From NCBI GenBank assembly GCA_002269645.1, contig NIVC01001192.1, positions 62,001 to 126,000 on the forward strand: 64,000 nt of DNA. Direction: 5' to 3'. Within the stretch, counting starts at the first letter, position 1, and the number at the start of each line of letters is the position of its first letter. The translations under genes were made by a program, and so were the position numbers. This DNA comes from Macrostomum lignano. Its lineage: Eukaryota. The notes below the pieces were generated by a model. That model saw only the letters and a list, made by a program, of their open reading frames with translations. It was not told the origin of the DNA and made no database searches. Below, piece after piece: positions 34,257 through 47,800 of this stretch.

Positions 34257-36660
34257 CTAAGGTTCAATTTCTTTTGTTGCCAATACTTGCGAATTCAGGG
34301 GGTGCTCACCCATGAGGCATGTAAATGGACTGACACCATTCTTGTCTAGATTAATGTGTATAGCAAGCAAAGTGAGCAGCAAACTGTCTAGCCAAGAAGA
34401 TCCATGAGCTTTTAGAATGTTCTTTAGCATTCTGTGCACCTATTCAATATTCCTATTTGTCTACGGGCAATATGCTGTTATCCTCAGATAAAAGAAACTG
34501 ACCTTGCTATCAAGGTACTTAAAGAGGTTCGCCTCAATTTGGGCTCCTTGATCTGTCACAATGTAGTGTGGCACTCTATATTGGGAAATCCAAGTAGCCA
34601 GGAAGGTGTTAGCAATGTTGGATACTATGATCGACTTAAGCGGAGCAGCCTCAAACCAACTGGTATCCCAGTCAATCATTGTAAGCAGATACTTGGGTGT
34701 CAGGCTGCAGGAGACATTGTACTTGCATTCTGGATTGGCAAAAGGCCAACAATGTCAATATAGACTATCTCCAGTTGGTTAGTAGGCAGGTCAAATGCTA
34801 TGCTACTAGAGATAGTGTGCTGGCTGATCTTGGTACATTAAAAAGTCTTCAGGCTTGGCAGTAACTCTTGATGTTAAAGCATATGTTATGCCAATAATAG
34901 CGCAAAATTATTAAGGTAGGCTGTTTTGCAAATGCCAAAGTGACCCAAGTAGTAGAAGTGTCAGATCAGTGACTATTGCATTGAATTTGGAATCACTGAT
35001 TGTGAGTAGCTTGCCAATGTCTCAGAGCAGCAACCTATTGCCATCCACCAGGAAGATGCGACAGTTGTCAGATGGTTTTTTTTTATTAGAGGCAGGGGGG
35101 TTGTGTGCACCCTGGCGCACTTTAAGCGACATAGGCACACAACCGGCGAGAGGCATTACTGCCCATTCTGCCGACTCCCCTGAGCAGGCATACAAGCGCG
35201 CGGATATGTACGCAGGCACACACTCACACAGGAGTGTACAGCGGCCCTAACTTTATATTATCGTTAGGCATGTACACTTCACTGCGCCTTGGGGGGTTGG
35301 CTCTCAAGGCCGTTAATTGCACGAGCAGAGCCAAGCCAAGATTCCAATTCAGCCCCAAATTAATGTGACTGCACTTGGAATTGAGCCTGGGTTGCTGGCA
35401 CACCAGAGCAGCTGCGCTACCGCTGGGCTATGGCCCCCCTTTGTCAGATGGTTACATTGTCTTCCTATTGCTACTAGTCTACAATGGCTAGGATATCAAA
35501 TGGTGCTGCTGGTGGCTAGTTGGCATCCATATACCCAATGCTTACTCTGTTGGTATTGAGTATTGAGAGAGCAATTGCAACAATGTTGTTGGTGCCTCAG
35601 ATGTAGCTGATATCTATTGACACTCCGTAATGACACTGAGGTAGCGCTGGTTCCTGTCTAATGTGCCATCTCTGCTGCTGTGGAATGCTTGAACCAAAGG
35701 CTTGTGGTCTTTGAAGACTGTCACATTGCATCCCGCAATCAAGCTCCAAAAGTGCAGCACTGTGAGATATTTGGCAAGCTCTTGATCCAATGCTAATTAC
35801 TTCTACTGCGCAGCCATCAACTTCTTGCTAAAAAGGCCAATTGGTACCATATTCTTGTTAGATGCTTGATATAGAGTGGTGCCAATGCTAGTAGATGAAG
35901 TGTCTATTATTAGGCTATAAGATTTGCAATTTGGATCTGGGTGTTAAAGCAGCATTTGCTCAGCCAGGCTCTCCTTGAGTAGCCTGAATGCCTCTTCATG
36001 GATTTTTCCATAGGTATATACTTGCAATGAACATTGTGCCAATGTAATGAGGTCTTGAAGTGGTGCAGCGATATTAGGAAAGTGCAGGATAAAATGCCAA
36101 TAAAAGCCAATGATGCCTAGGAATTACCTTAACGCATTCATGTCCTTGGGTGCTAGCCACTATTGAATGGTATCTATCTTGGAGGCAAGCAGGTGGATAC
36201 TGTCAGCTAATATGTGATGTCCCAGGAAAGTGACTTCTGGTTGCATCAAAATGCATGTAGCCAGCTAAACCTTGAGGCCATAGTGACCCAATTGTGACAA
36301 GATAGCTTCTAGGTATTGCAAGTGCTCCTTTTCACTCGCAGATACCACCAGAAGGTTGTCAATGTAACAGATGGCGAAAGGGAGTCTGTGGAGCACACCG
36401 TCAATAAATTGCTAGAATGTTTATGCTGTGCTTGTACACTTGTACAACCTAAATGATATGACTGGCGGTCTTGTGGATATCTTCCTCAGCAATTGGGTTC
36501 TGATGGTAAACTCTTACCAGGTCTAGCTTCGAAAAGACTTTCGTACCGTGCAGACTCCTCGTGAAGCACTGGATGTGAGAATTGGATACTTGTCTGGCTT
36601 GGTCAACCTGTTGAACTGCCGATAAGTCACCACAGGGACGCAGGGTCTCCACAGGTTACC
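34257..36660 (-). mobile_element. degenerate Gypsy/Ty3 LTR-retrotransposon pol relic (RT - RNase H - integrase)
   Basis: VFSKLDLVRVYHQNPIAEEDIHKTA (RT), LPFAICYIDNLLV (YxDD decayed to YIDN), RNase H-like IGLFSKKL region, integrase WISQYRVPHYIVTDQGAQIE and MHRMLKNIL; many stops. Confidence 0.85.
35095..35437 (-). mobile_element. SINE family 2, full-length copy nested in the Gypsy relic
   Basis: Head (reverse complement) GGGGCCATAGCCCAGCGG...AGGCTCAATTCC; body shared with the 13729 and 50755 copies. Confidence 0.85.
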
Positions 36661-36953
36661 AAAATTTATGCTGGCTGGATCAGCTAGATCAGCTGATAAT
36701 AGTGCATATATAGTCTGTTGCTATACCTACTAATAGTGAATTGGACAATTGACATGTAGTTATTTTTCAATTAAAACAGTACTTATTTATTCAAATTACA
36801 TAAAAATTTAGATAGTCAATATACTAAATAGTAAATTGATAGATTACTTTTTATTGCTTATAATCTGTAATTATACTGTATTTCGTTTATAAAAATTTAA
36901 TTCATGCCAGCTCAACAGTGGGTCTGATTTATCCCTTATTCTACTCCATTGCA

Positions 36954-38346
36954 ATGCTGCCAGTCTGTGACACGCCAAACTGTGGCAAAGAGGCCAAATT
37001 TCGGTGTCCAACCTGCTCCAAACTGGGCATCGAAGGCTCATTCTTCTGCACGCAGAACTGTTTCAAAGGCTACTGGAAAGAGCACAAGAAGGTGCACGCA
37101 CTGTTTGAACAGTTGAAAAATCAGGGTGCCGCACCACTGGGAGGCGACTTGTCGCAACCGCTGATTGTGAGTCATCAGTCAATCATTCTAATGTGCATTG
37201 GACTGACACTTGATCAAATAGCATGGAATATGGATTAATGACATCGACGAATTGATTAATGACATGGACTGTGGATTAATGACATGGACTCTGGATTAAT
37301 GAAATGGACTGCTGATTGATGACATGGACTATTGATAAATCTTGTGGACTGTACGATCAGTTACTGCCATGGACGGTCAACTCGATGTCTACGGTCGTTT
37401 TTACTCTGCTCCCCAGGTGTCCTGGCCCGGCTACAATTTCACTGGCGACCTGCGCCCCTACCGTCAGAGTCCCCGGCGCCAATTGCCAGACACCGTGACC
37501 GGCCGACCGGACTACTGGCGCGACGGCACTCCGTATAGCGAGCGCCAGGACAAGGGCCTGCTCAGGGTGCTCGGTGACGAGGAGCAGGAGGATATGCGCA
37601 TTGTCTGCCGGCTTGCTCGCGAAGTGCTGGAGGAGGCGATGCGGGCGGTCGAGCCCGGTGTCACCACGGACGCGATCGACCGACTGGTGCACGAAGCCAG
37701 CATCGAGCGAGACTGCTATCCGTCTCCATTGAACTACTACGGTTTCCCGAAGTCCTGCTGCACATCCGTGAACGAAGTGATCTGTCACGGCATCCCGGAT
37801 ATGCGGCCACTAGCCGATGGCGATATTGTTAACATCGACGTGACCTGCTACCATCGGGAGCATCACGGCGACCTCAACGAAACAGTGTTTGTTGGCTCAG
37901 TAGACGAGGAGAGCCGCAGGCTGGTCCAAGTCACCTGGGAGTGCCTGCGCAAGGCTATCGAAATGGTTAAACCGGGCGTACGTTATCGCGACGTTGGCGA
38001 CGTAATTCAACAGCACGCCCACTCGGCCGGCCTGTCGGTGGTGCGCACCTACTGCGGTCACGGCGTCCACCGGCTGTTCCACTGCGCGCCGAACGTGCCG
38101 CACTACGCGCGCAACAAAGCCGTCGGCGTGATGAAGCCCGGCCACGTGTTCACAATCGAGCCAATGATTAATCAGGGCGTATGGAAGGACCAGCTGTGGC
38201 CGGACAAGTGGACATCGGTCACTTTAGATGGCAAACGTTCGGCCCAGTTTGAGGATACGCTGCTAGTGACCGAGACCGGTTGCGAAGTCCTCACTAGGCG
38301 CTCGGTTGACGATGGTAAACCGTTTTTTATGTCACAGCCGGCCTGA
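36954..38346 (+). CDS. METAP1: methionine aminopeptidase 1 with N-terminal zinc finger, 2 exons, 380 aa
   Basis: join(36954-37166, 37417-38346) = 1143 nt; CDTPNC...CPTC...[13 protein letters not shown] zinc finger; [62 protein letters not shown]. Confidence 0.96.
37235..37335. repeat. ~20-bp degenerate repeat (GATTAATGACATGGACT..) in the METAP1 intron
   Basis: About 5 copies seen directly. Confidence 0.75.
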
Positions 38347-38484
38347 ACTGGTCCTGCATGGATTGTGTTTGTCATTTTAATAACCAAAATAAGTGTTTTT
38401 TCCCGGTTCTTTGTTTGTGTAACAGTCATCCGTTTGTAGAAATTTGTTTCAAATTTGTCTGTCACGTCGATAGATTCAGATTGA

Positions 38485-39070
38485 ACCTTCAGGCTCAGCA
38501 GTCTCCCGAGTCCTCTGATGGAACCTTCAGCAATCAGCACCCTCCCGAGTCCTCAGATGGAACCTTCAGCACCCTCCGAGCCCTCCGATTGAAGCTTCAG
38601 CATCCTCCCGAGTCCTCAGATGAAACCTTCAGCATCCTCCGAGCCCTCAGATGGAACCTTCAGCACCCTCCCGAGTCCTCAGTGGAACCTTCAGCATCCT
38701 TTCGAGTCCTCAGATGGAACCTTCAGCATCCTTTCGAGTCCTCAAGATGGAACCTTCAGCACTCTCCCGAGTCCTCAAGATGGAACCTTCAGCACTCTCC
38801 CGAGTCCTCAAGATGGAACCTTCAGCACCCTCCCGAGTCCTCGAGATGGAACCTTCAGCACCCTCCGAGCCCTCAAAATGGAACCTTCAGCACCCTCCCG
38901 AGTCCTCAAAATGGAACCTTCAGCACCCTCCCGAGTCCTCAAGATGGAACCTTCAGCACCCTCCCGAGACCTCAAGATGGAACCTTCAGCACCCTCCCGA
39001 GACCTCAAGATGGAACCTTCAGCACCCTCCGAGCCCTCATATTGAAGCTTCAGCACCTTTCAGAGTCCTC
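38485..39070. repeat. 30-33-bp minisatellite (GATGGAACCTTCAGCACTCTCCCGAGTCCTCAA) downstream of METAP1
   Basis: About 17 copies; 11-aa periodicity DGTFSTLPSPQ in the spurious ORFs. Confidence 0.94.
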
Positions 39071-39693
39071 TAATAGTCCTTTTATACATTGTGCAGCAGT
39101 TGCTCTTCCATATCTCTTTACTGGCATTGCGTTATAGTAGATTCGGAAAACTTGTTTTTCTATATTATTTGTACTCAGCGTATTATTAATATCTGTTATA
39201 TTGCTGCATTTCCCAGTTCCCATTAGTAAAAGTTATTAAGCAGACGCAATTTTGTGTCCAATTTTAATGTACGTGTATTATTTGAGTTGTTTATTTAGCT
39301 AATCCACAATGCAATATTTTGCAGTTTTACAGCTGTGTTGACCTCCATTCTTTTTAGTGTTATATAAATGACAGGTTTAGGTAGTGTAATGTTATGTACA
39401 AACACAAAAAATAAGATTGCTTGCAATAATTGCGTGTATAGCTGAAATCGAAATAAACTTGTTTTAAATAACATATTTTAAACGCATTAGAATTTCCATC
39501 ATTTTCTTTTAAAGATGTAGCCACAGTCAGGCCCGATGTATAGATAACACATTTTATATGGCCTAGTAATGATTTTCTATATTAAGTATCGTATACAAAC
39601 CTAAACTGAACTAGTTGTTGCCAAAATTATTTATACAGTACGTATTAATATCGGTTCGCCTTACTTGCCTGCTCGCTTTTCAGTTGCTGCAGC

Positions 39694-39698
<5 letters not shown>

Positions 39699-39741
<43 letters not shown>
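39699..39741. repeat. (TG)n microsatellite
   Basis: Seen directly. Confidence 0.97.
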
Positions 39742-39743
<2 letters not shown>

Positions 39744-40341
39744 GTGCGTGTGTGCATCACCGTCTTGTCTCTGTGCCTCTGCTGCCTACAATTTCGCTTG
39801 CTGTGCATACTGTGCATAGTGCATCTTCTGAACTGGCTAGACTAGACACTGAGGTTTATACTGCGTATCACCGGATTTCGTTTCAGTAGCTACGAACTAA
39901 GCTAGTGATAGTTTTGTCAAAGTTGGTGTAATTGGAAAAACTTTTTTGTACCGTGTCTATTGGCTAATCCACTAATGCTACAGTAACTAAATGGGCCACT
40001 TAGTTATATTTTCTTGGTAATAACACTTCTCTACTTTGAGTTCAGTAGCAAGGAAGCGTGTGTAAGCTATTTTTCGAAAAGAAGTAAAGTTGGTGTGACT
40101 TGCAGACGTAAACAACTCGCTATTGGTGCAGTCGTAATGTACATTAGCCAGCGCCATTGGAAATGTACATGGGTGGAGCTTTAGGTTAGGCGGAACACCG
40201 CGAGGAAGGCAATAAAAATTGAGCGGCGGGGCTGGGGTAGAGATTTTACGCGGAAAGACACGGTTGGGGAGGGGGTTCGCAACGGGGGTAAGAGAGCCAA
40301 TTATCGAATCTAATGTAATGTATGTACATCTTAACAGGTTT

Positions 40342-41084
<743 letters not shown>

Positions 41085-41098
41085 CTAAATGGCGGGCT

Positions 41099-44000
41099 AA
41101 CAACAACAACAACAAAATACGCTGTCATGATGGTAAAAGTCAGCGTCACAGGGCGCGCTTCATGGCTTGGGCGCGAACAAAGGCCGCGCCACCGGCAGTG
41201 TCCGGGGCGCCGGCGTCAGCCAGCAGACAGTCGACATAACGCCGAGTTCGCGCTTGACCTCGCCGGTAGGGTGCCTGCAGCGTGAGCAGCAGCACCTCCT
41301 GCACCGGCTGTGGGCAGTACGACTCGGCGCGGATGAGATGGCCTGCGAGCTGGAGTCGCCGACGGCGCAGTAGATCACTTGGACGTGGCAGGCCAGCGCG
41401 GCGATAGAGTGCCGCGTTGGTGACTCGCTCGACGCCGATGTTGAAGGCGGCGCGCAGCAGACCAGCGTGCGCCGCATCGACTTGCTGTTCGAGTGAGTCC
41501 GTCAGCGTCCAGGTCTCGGCGTTGTACAGCAGGACGGTCTCGATTACCGCCTGGAACAGCGCCGCCCTCTGGCGGTCCGGTAGGGCCTCGGACTGCAGGA
41601 CTGCCCTCACAGAACGAAAGGCAGCCCAGGCAAGCCCGCGGCGGCGTCGCAGGTCCTCGCGAGCGTCTGGAACCAGACCGCCGAGGTAGACGAACTGCTG
41701 ACATCGCGGGAGTTCGGTCGCCTGCCCGTCAGCGCCTCGGCAAAATATTGCAGCCTCGATGTCGTCCGGCACGCAGAGCACAACGGTCTTCTGCGTGTTG
41801 ACCACCAGGCCGACACTCGCCGCAACGGCAACCAGCCTGTCCAGCTGCCGCTGGGCGCCCTCGACGGTCGAGGACAGCAGGGCGAGGTCGTCGGCGTAGC
41901 CAAGCACGCTGAGCCGCTTCTCCGGTTGACGTCGACCCACGCGTCGCTGCAGCAGAAAACCGTCGTCGTCGGTAGGAAGAGCAGTCCGCAGCACCCAGTC
42001 AAGCACCAGGACGAACAGAAACGGCGCCAGCGTATCTCCCTGAAGCACTCCGGAGGATGTCTCAAAGGAGTCCGATAGGCCGTCCGGTGTTGTCACAGCA
42101 GCTGTCGTATCACGGTACATCGCCATGACGGCGGAGATCAGCTGCTCAGGCACGTTGTACGCGCGGAGCACCATTGGAAGCACGGCTCTGACAACCGAGT
42201 CGAATGCCTTCTTGAAATCAATAAAGATTAAAATCAGTATCGACTGACGAATCCGCGCCTCCTCGATGACTCGGCGAAGAGCCAGGATCTGCGCCACTGT
42301 GCCGCGATGGGGCCGGAACCCGTTCTGCTCTGGGCGCAGGTACGGATCCAGCACGGGCTGCAACCGCGAAAGCAGCATCCGGTTGAACAGCTTCGCTGCA
42401 CAGGACTGAAGGCAGATGCCTCGATGGTCTTCAAGCCTAGTGGTGCCCGGCTTCTTTGGAACAGCGACGATGTGCGCCGTGGTCCATTCGTTGGGCGCCG
42501 CCTCACCGAAGAGCACGCGGTTCATCACTCTGGCGACCTCAGCGGCCACACAGGGGATGCGCAGCGCCTCGATGGGCACCTCGTCCGGACCCAGCGCTTT
42601 CCCGCCCGGTGACTGCTGGGCGAGCTTGACAACGTCGGCTGCGTTGACTGGGGCTACGCTGAAACTCTCCTCTGCCGGCAGCGGCGTCTCCGGCGGCAGC
42701 GTCAGACTGTCTGGCAGCGGGGGTGGCGGCGCGTTGACGATGGCGGCGAAGAACTCGCGCAGCTCGTTCCTACGCTCGTCCGGCGTGTCACCAGCCAGGT
42801 TCAGCGGATTGCGCCGCTTTCGTCCCGTCAGAGCGTTGATGGCGGACCAGGCCACGCGCCCTCTGGCATCGGGCCCAGCGCAGAGACAGCCTGAATGGCG
42901 TCATCGACAGCCGCTTGTTGGCGCTGCAGGTAGACAGCTGCCAGAGCTGCCTCTGCCTCGCGGGTTGGTCGCCTGCTCAAGCGGAGCTTCTCCAGATCTT
43001 CCCTCGCTGCCTGAATCGCGGGGTCGTCCTGCCAGACCGGCTGCCCACGTTGAGCCGGCTGCATCATCGGGACTGCTTGCTCCGCGGCGGTTCTGACTGC
43101 AGCGCACACTTCCGCATACTCGGCACTTCCACGCTTGTCGCCCAGCGCGGTGTTAAAGGCGCTAGCAAAGCGACGCTGCGTATCGGTGGCTCTGAGCGCG
43201 CGGTAGTAGCGCCGCGGTGGCCGCTTCGGCGGACGGTAGAGCGGATCGCGAAGGTTGAGGTCGCAGATGAGGAGCCGGTGATCGGACCGCAGAGCCAGCG
43301 GCGTGATGGTGCGGCAGTTGACGGCGCGACGACGCTCACGGAAACGCACGAGCACGTGGTCGAGCTGTGCTTGTCTCCGGGTTGCGTTCCTGCCACGCGC
43401 GTTCCGTCGCCTCCGCTTGCAGCCCACGAAGGTTGCGAGACCGCTCAGTGGCTTGCGGAAGCGGGTGTTGGCCGACACCATGTCCTGCCTCTCCAGGAAG
43501 TCCTCCAGTGCCTCGGTGTTGTTGTTCCCGCGTGGCGTCACGAACAGCGACCTCTCGGACCTACGCAGGACTGCGTTCAGGTCTCCGAGGGCGACCGCTG
43601 TGTCACGCTGCGCCGTCGCCTCTACCTGCACTGAGAGCTGCTCGAAAAACTCTTGAGCCTCGTCAGGGCGTGTGGCAGGGGGCGCGTACGCGCAGAACAG
43701 GCGAGCATTCCGACCGCGTAGCCGGACGTCGATCCGAAGCAACCGGGGGGACAGGGAGACGCAGCGACAGCTCTGCTGCAGCCTCGGCCTCGGCAGCGCT
43801 CCAACTCCTCCACGGCCTCGCTGGTCCGCAGAAGTATAGTAGAGGGTCCACCCGGCGCCCAAGTCCTCACAATGAAGTCCCGGGTCGGCCTTGATAGACA
43901 CCTCCTGCAGCGAGATGATGTCGCAGCTCAGGTCGTACGCCAGCTTCGCCAGCACCCCTCTACGCCAAGCAGCCTTGAGAGTGCGGCAGTTCAGCGTCCC

Positions 44001-44270
44001 GACCCGAAGCATGCCCTGTGGTACGGCTGGGGCTCGATGCAGTTGAGCCTCACGGTCCCCGGCGCCACCCGGAGGATCCGAGTGGACCCGCGCGGCAGCT
44101 CGACGGGCGGCGCCACGCAGCCGGCCTCGTCGGTTCCGCTCACGCCGGCGCTCAACACGCCGACGGGCGCTCCGCTGCCCTCGCTTGGTCCTGCCGCATT
44201 TGGCCGCCGCAGCAGTTAAGCGCGGCTCTCCGCTCTGACCACGAGGAGGTAGCGGCATTTATCTGCACCG
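41099..44270 (-). mobile_element. RTE-type non-LTR retrotransposon (single APE-RT ORF, one frameshift, (GTT)n tail)
   Basis: LRVGTLNCRTL, ISLQEV, GDLNA, LDHVLV, SDH (APE); EQNGFRPHRGT, FIDFKKAFDSV, GVLQGDTLAPFLF, YADDLALL (RT); ORFs 42828-44258 and 41146-42855 are joined by a 1-nt deletion near 42880; (AAC)5 at 41099-41113. Confidence 0.92.
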
Positions 44271-44273
44271 TGG

Positions 44274-44648
44274 TGCAAATAAATTAAGACTGCAAATAAA
44301 TTAAGACTGCAAATAAATTAAGACTGCAAATAAATTAAGACTGCAAATAAATTGAGACTGCAAATAAATTAAGACTGCAAATAAATTAAGACTGCAAATA
44401 AATTAAGACTGCAAATAAATTAAGACTGCAAATAAATTAAGACTGCAAATAAATTAAGACTGCAAATAAATTAAGACTGCAAATAAATTAAGACTGCAAA
44501 TAAATTAAGACTGCAAATAAATTAAGACTGCAAATAAATTAAGACTGCAAATAAATTAAGACTGCAAATAAATTAAGACTGCAAATAAATTAAGACTGCA
44601 AATAAATTAAGACTGCAAATAAATTAAGACTGCAAATAAATTAAGACT
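44274..44648. repeat. 17-bp AT-rich array (TGCAAATAAATTAAGAC) x22 abutting the RTE 5' end
   Basis: 375 nt / 17 = 22 near-perfect copies (one AATTGAGAC variant). Confidence 0.97.
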
Positions 44649-44896
44649 TATTAATTTATTGAGGCTAAGCTAGGGGTAAGAGGTCTACTCATTGATTCTT
44701 GTCCTAAAATGCATTTAAATGCTTTTTGTTTAACTTTCTACTGAACTGAAAGTAGCTTACACGCAAATGTGCCGAGCCGAGTGGGCCCATCTAGCTATAT
44801 AGTAAGTGTGGCCTAGTATAGATTCACCATTAAAATTTATTATTTCAAATTATTTATTAAGAAAAATAAAAATTCCATTTCAGCGGTCCGTGTGTT

Positions 44897-47800
44897 ATGC
44901 CAATATTAGTCTTCGATTTGGTCTTAATTTACTTGTGTCTTTGTCATGGTAAGTAATAAAACGTGCTTTTGACAACTGGGATTGATTAATTAAAATAATA
45001 ACCCAATCTTTATTCCCTTATCAATAGTCGCTCAGTCAGCAAATCAGCACTGCATTGACAAAGCGATTAGAAACATCAGTGTCAACATTTACGAGTACAA
45101 TCCTTATAAGGTGAGTGTGTATGGACCTTTGACAAAATGCAATTGATTTTGCCCCAATCTAGGAATCTATAGGCAAGGTAAAGCTGATAATTAGGCTTCG
45201 AGGTATGACCTGAAGATGAGGCCGCATAACAAAAAATAAGACCACGGTATCCTCGGGATTAGGCCATGTAAATCCTCAGGATTAGGCCATTTAAATCCTC
45301 AGGATTAGGCCATTTAAATCCTCAGGATTAGGCGTGGTGAAACTGCAAAGAGATAAAAGCCGATGCTTGACTTAAGCAATCAGTCAGCTATCTAATTATC
45401 CCATCGCTCAGGTACTAACGTACATCCGCGACGCCAAAGGCTATGCGAGAAACCTTCACTGTCGATGGGTGCTGCGCGCCAGCGATTATACCAACCCGCG
45501 TCAAATGCTACTAACAGTGGCAAATGTCGACTTTGACGAAAGCTCTGGCGGCGGTAACGGCACTCTCGGCCTCTGCAACACCGCTACCGGCTCCGCCGAT
45601 GTGTTCAGCTTTGCCTTCTCTGGCCAGCTGACCAGCGGTTGGTTTTCTGCTATTTATGATTTTTAACCTTTCTAAATTACAATGTAAATGTTAGGAACCC
45701 GAAAGTTTCTATGCATGCAGTTTATTAGCTTTGTGCCGTACAAACTCGGGCCTTGCCACGCTCTAAATCTTATCTCTGCGTGTCTGCTTTTTTTGTTTCC
45801 GTTTTCACTCGAAATTTTGCTTAATTAGAAGTGCAGAAAGTTTTCTGGTTGAAAGTTTAAGTTTCTCGTTATAGCTCGTATAACCAGAGTTACCTGTGTA
45901 AGGAGTTACCTGTCTACAGAGTTACCTGTGTAAGGAGTTACCTGTCTACAGAGTTACCTGTGTAAGGAGTTACCTGTCTACATAGTTAACTGTCTACAGG
46001 GTTATCTGTCTACAGGGTTACCTGTCTACAGGGTTACCTGTCTACAGGGTTATCTGTCTACAGGGTTACCTGTCTACAGAGTTACCTGTCTACAGGGTTA
46101 CCTGTCTAAGGAGTTACCTGTCCACATAGTTACCTGTCTACAGAGTTACCTGTGTAAGGAGTTACCTGTCTACATAGTTAACTGTCTACAGGGTTATCTG
46201 TCTACAGGGTTACCTGTCTACAGGGTTACCTGTCTACAGGGTTATCTGTCTACAGGGTTACCTGTCTACAGGGTTACCTGTCTAAGGAGTTACCTGTCTA
46301 CAGGGTTACCTGTCTAAGGAGTTACCTGTCCACATAGTTACCTGTCTACAGAGTTACCTGTGTAAGAAGTTACCTGTCTACATAGTTAACTGTCTACAGG
46401 GTTATCTGTCTACAGGGTTACCTGTCTACAGGGTTATCTGTCTACAGGGTTACCTGTCTACAGAGTTACCTGTCTACAGGGTTACCTGTCTAAGGAGTTA
46501 CCTGTCCACATAGTTACCTGTCTACAGAGTTACCTGTGTAAGGAGTTACCTGTCTACATAGTTAACTGTCTACAGGGTTATCTGTCTACAGGGTTACCTG
46601 TCTACAGGGTTATCTGTCTACAGGGTTACCTGTCTACAGAGTTACCTGTCTACAGGGTTACCTGTCTAAGGAGTTACCTGTCTAAGGAGTTACCTGTCCA
46701 CATAGTTACCTGTCTACAGAGTTACCTGTGTAAGGAGTTACCTGTCTACATAGTTAACTGTCTACAGGGTTATCTGTCTACAGGGTTATCTGTCTACAGG
46801 GTTATCTGTCTACAGGGTTACCTGTCTACAGGGTTACCTGTCTACAGGGTTACCTGTCTACAGGGTTACCTGTCGACAGGGTTAACTGTCTACAGGGTTA
46901 ACTGTCTACAGGGTTAACTGTCTACAGGGTTAACTGTCTGCAGGGTTACCTGTCTACAGGGTTACCTGTCTTTATGGTTACTGTTACGCAAATATTAAAT
47001 AAAAATATTCATAATTCGTCCGGCAGGTCAAGTATCGTCTCAGCGTTGGTGCTCAAACAGTGACGCTGAACGGGCGCCAAAGCAGATGCTGGCAAATCTG
47101 TGGGACTCGTAAGCTGTGGCTTGTGTATATGTGATATAAATATTATGCGTTTATTACTGTTATATAGTGCTGCTACATATTATTAACCCACCCCCCAACA
47201 GTTCAAACAAACTATCTGTGGAATTTCAATCCGACAACAGACAGAAGCGTCACAACGCTAAAGGTGTTCAATTAAATGTGCAGATTTTGTCCAGGGACTA
47301 CTGCTACGTTGACATGCTGTACCACGAGAATTATTGCTATTTCATCACTAAAGGGTTGCTCACCTTTGACGAGGCGGCCAGAGCGGCCAGCTACATGCTG
47401 GGTAGCGTGACCGCGTTCACGGATGCTGATGCGGCTTTGCGATTTGTTGATGCCAGTGAGTCTCACAATTGGCCAATTCTCTGCTCTGCTAATCTGCTAA
47501 CATTTAGTGAGGGGCTATCAGTTCGGATGTTGGGGTTGTTAATCAGTCAGGGGAATGTCAGTAGGATATGTCAGTCAGTCAGTCAGTCAGTCAGTCAGTC
47601 AGTCAGTCAGTCAGTCAGTCAGTCAGTGAGTCAGTCAGTCAGTCAGTGAGTCAGTCAGTCAGTCAGTCAGTCAGTCAGTCAGTCAGTCAGTCAGTCAGTC
47701 AGTCAGTCAGTCAGTCAGTCAGTCAGTCAGTCAGTCAGTCAGTCAGTCAGTCAGTCAGTCAGTCAGTCAGTCAGTCAGTCAGTCAGTCAGTCAGTCAGTC

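Noticed and set aside
38358-39137. 259-aa repetitive ORF after METAP1
   Set aside because: A 33-bp minisatellite open in all frames; no domain or splice support.
41160-44287. Many overlapping ORFs antisense to the RTE element
   Set aside because: Shadow ORFs of GC-rich coding sequence.
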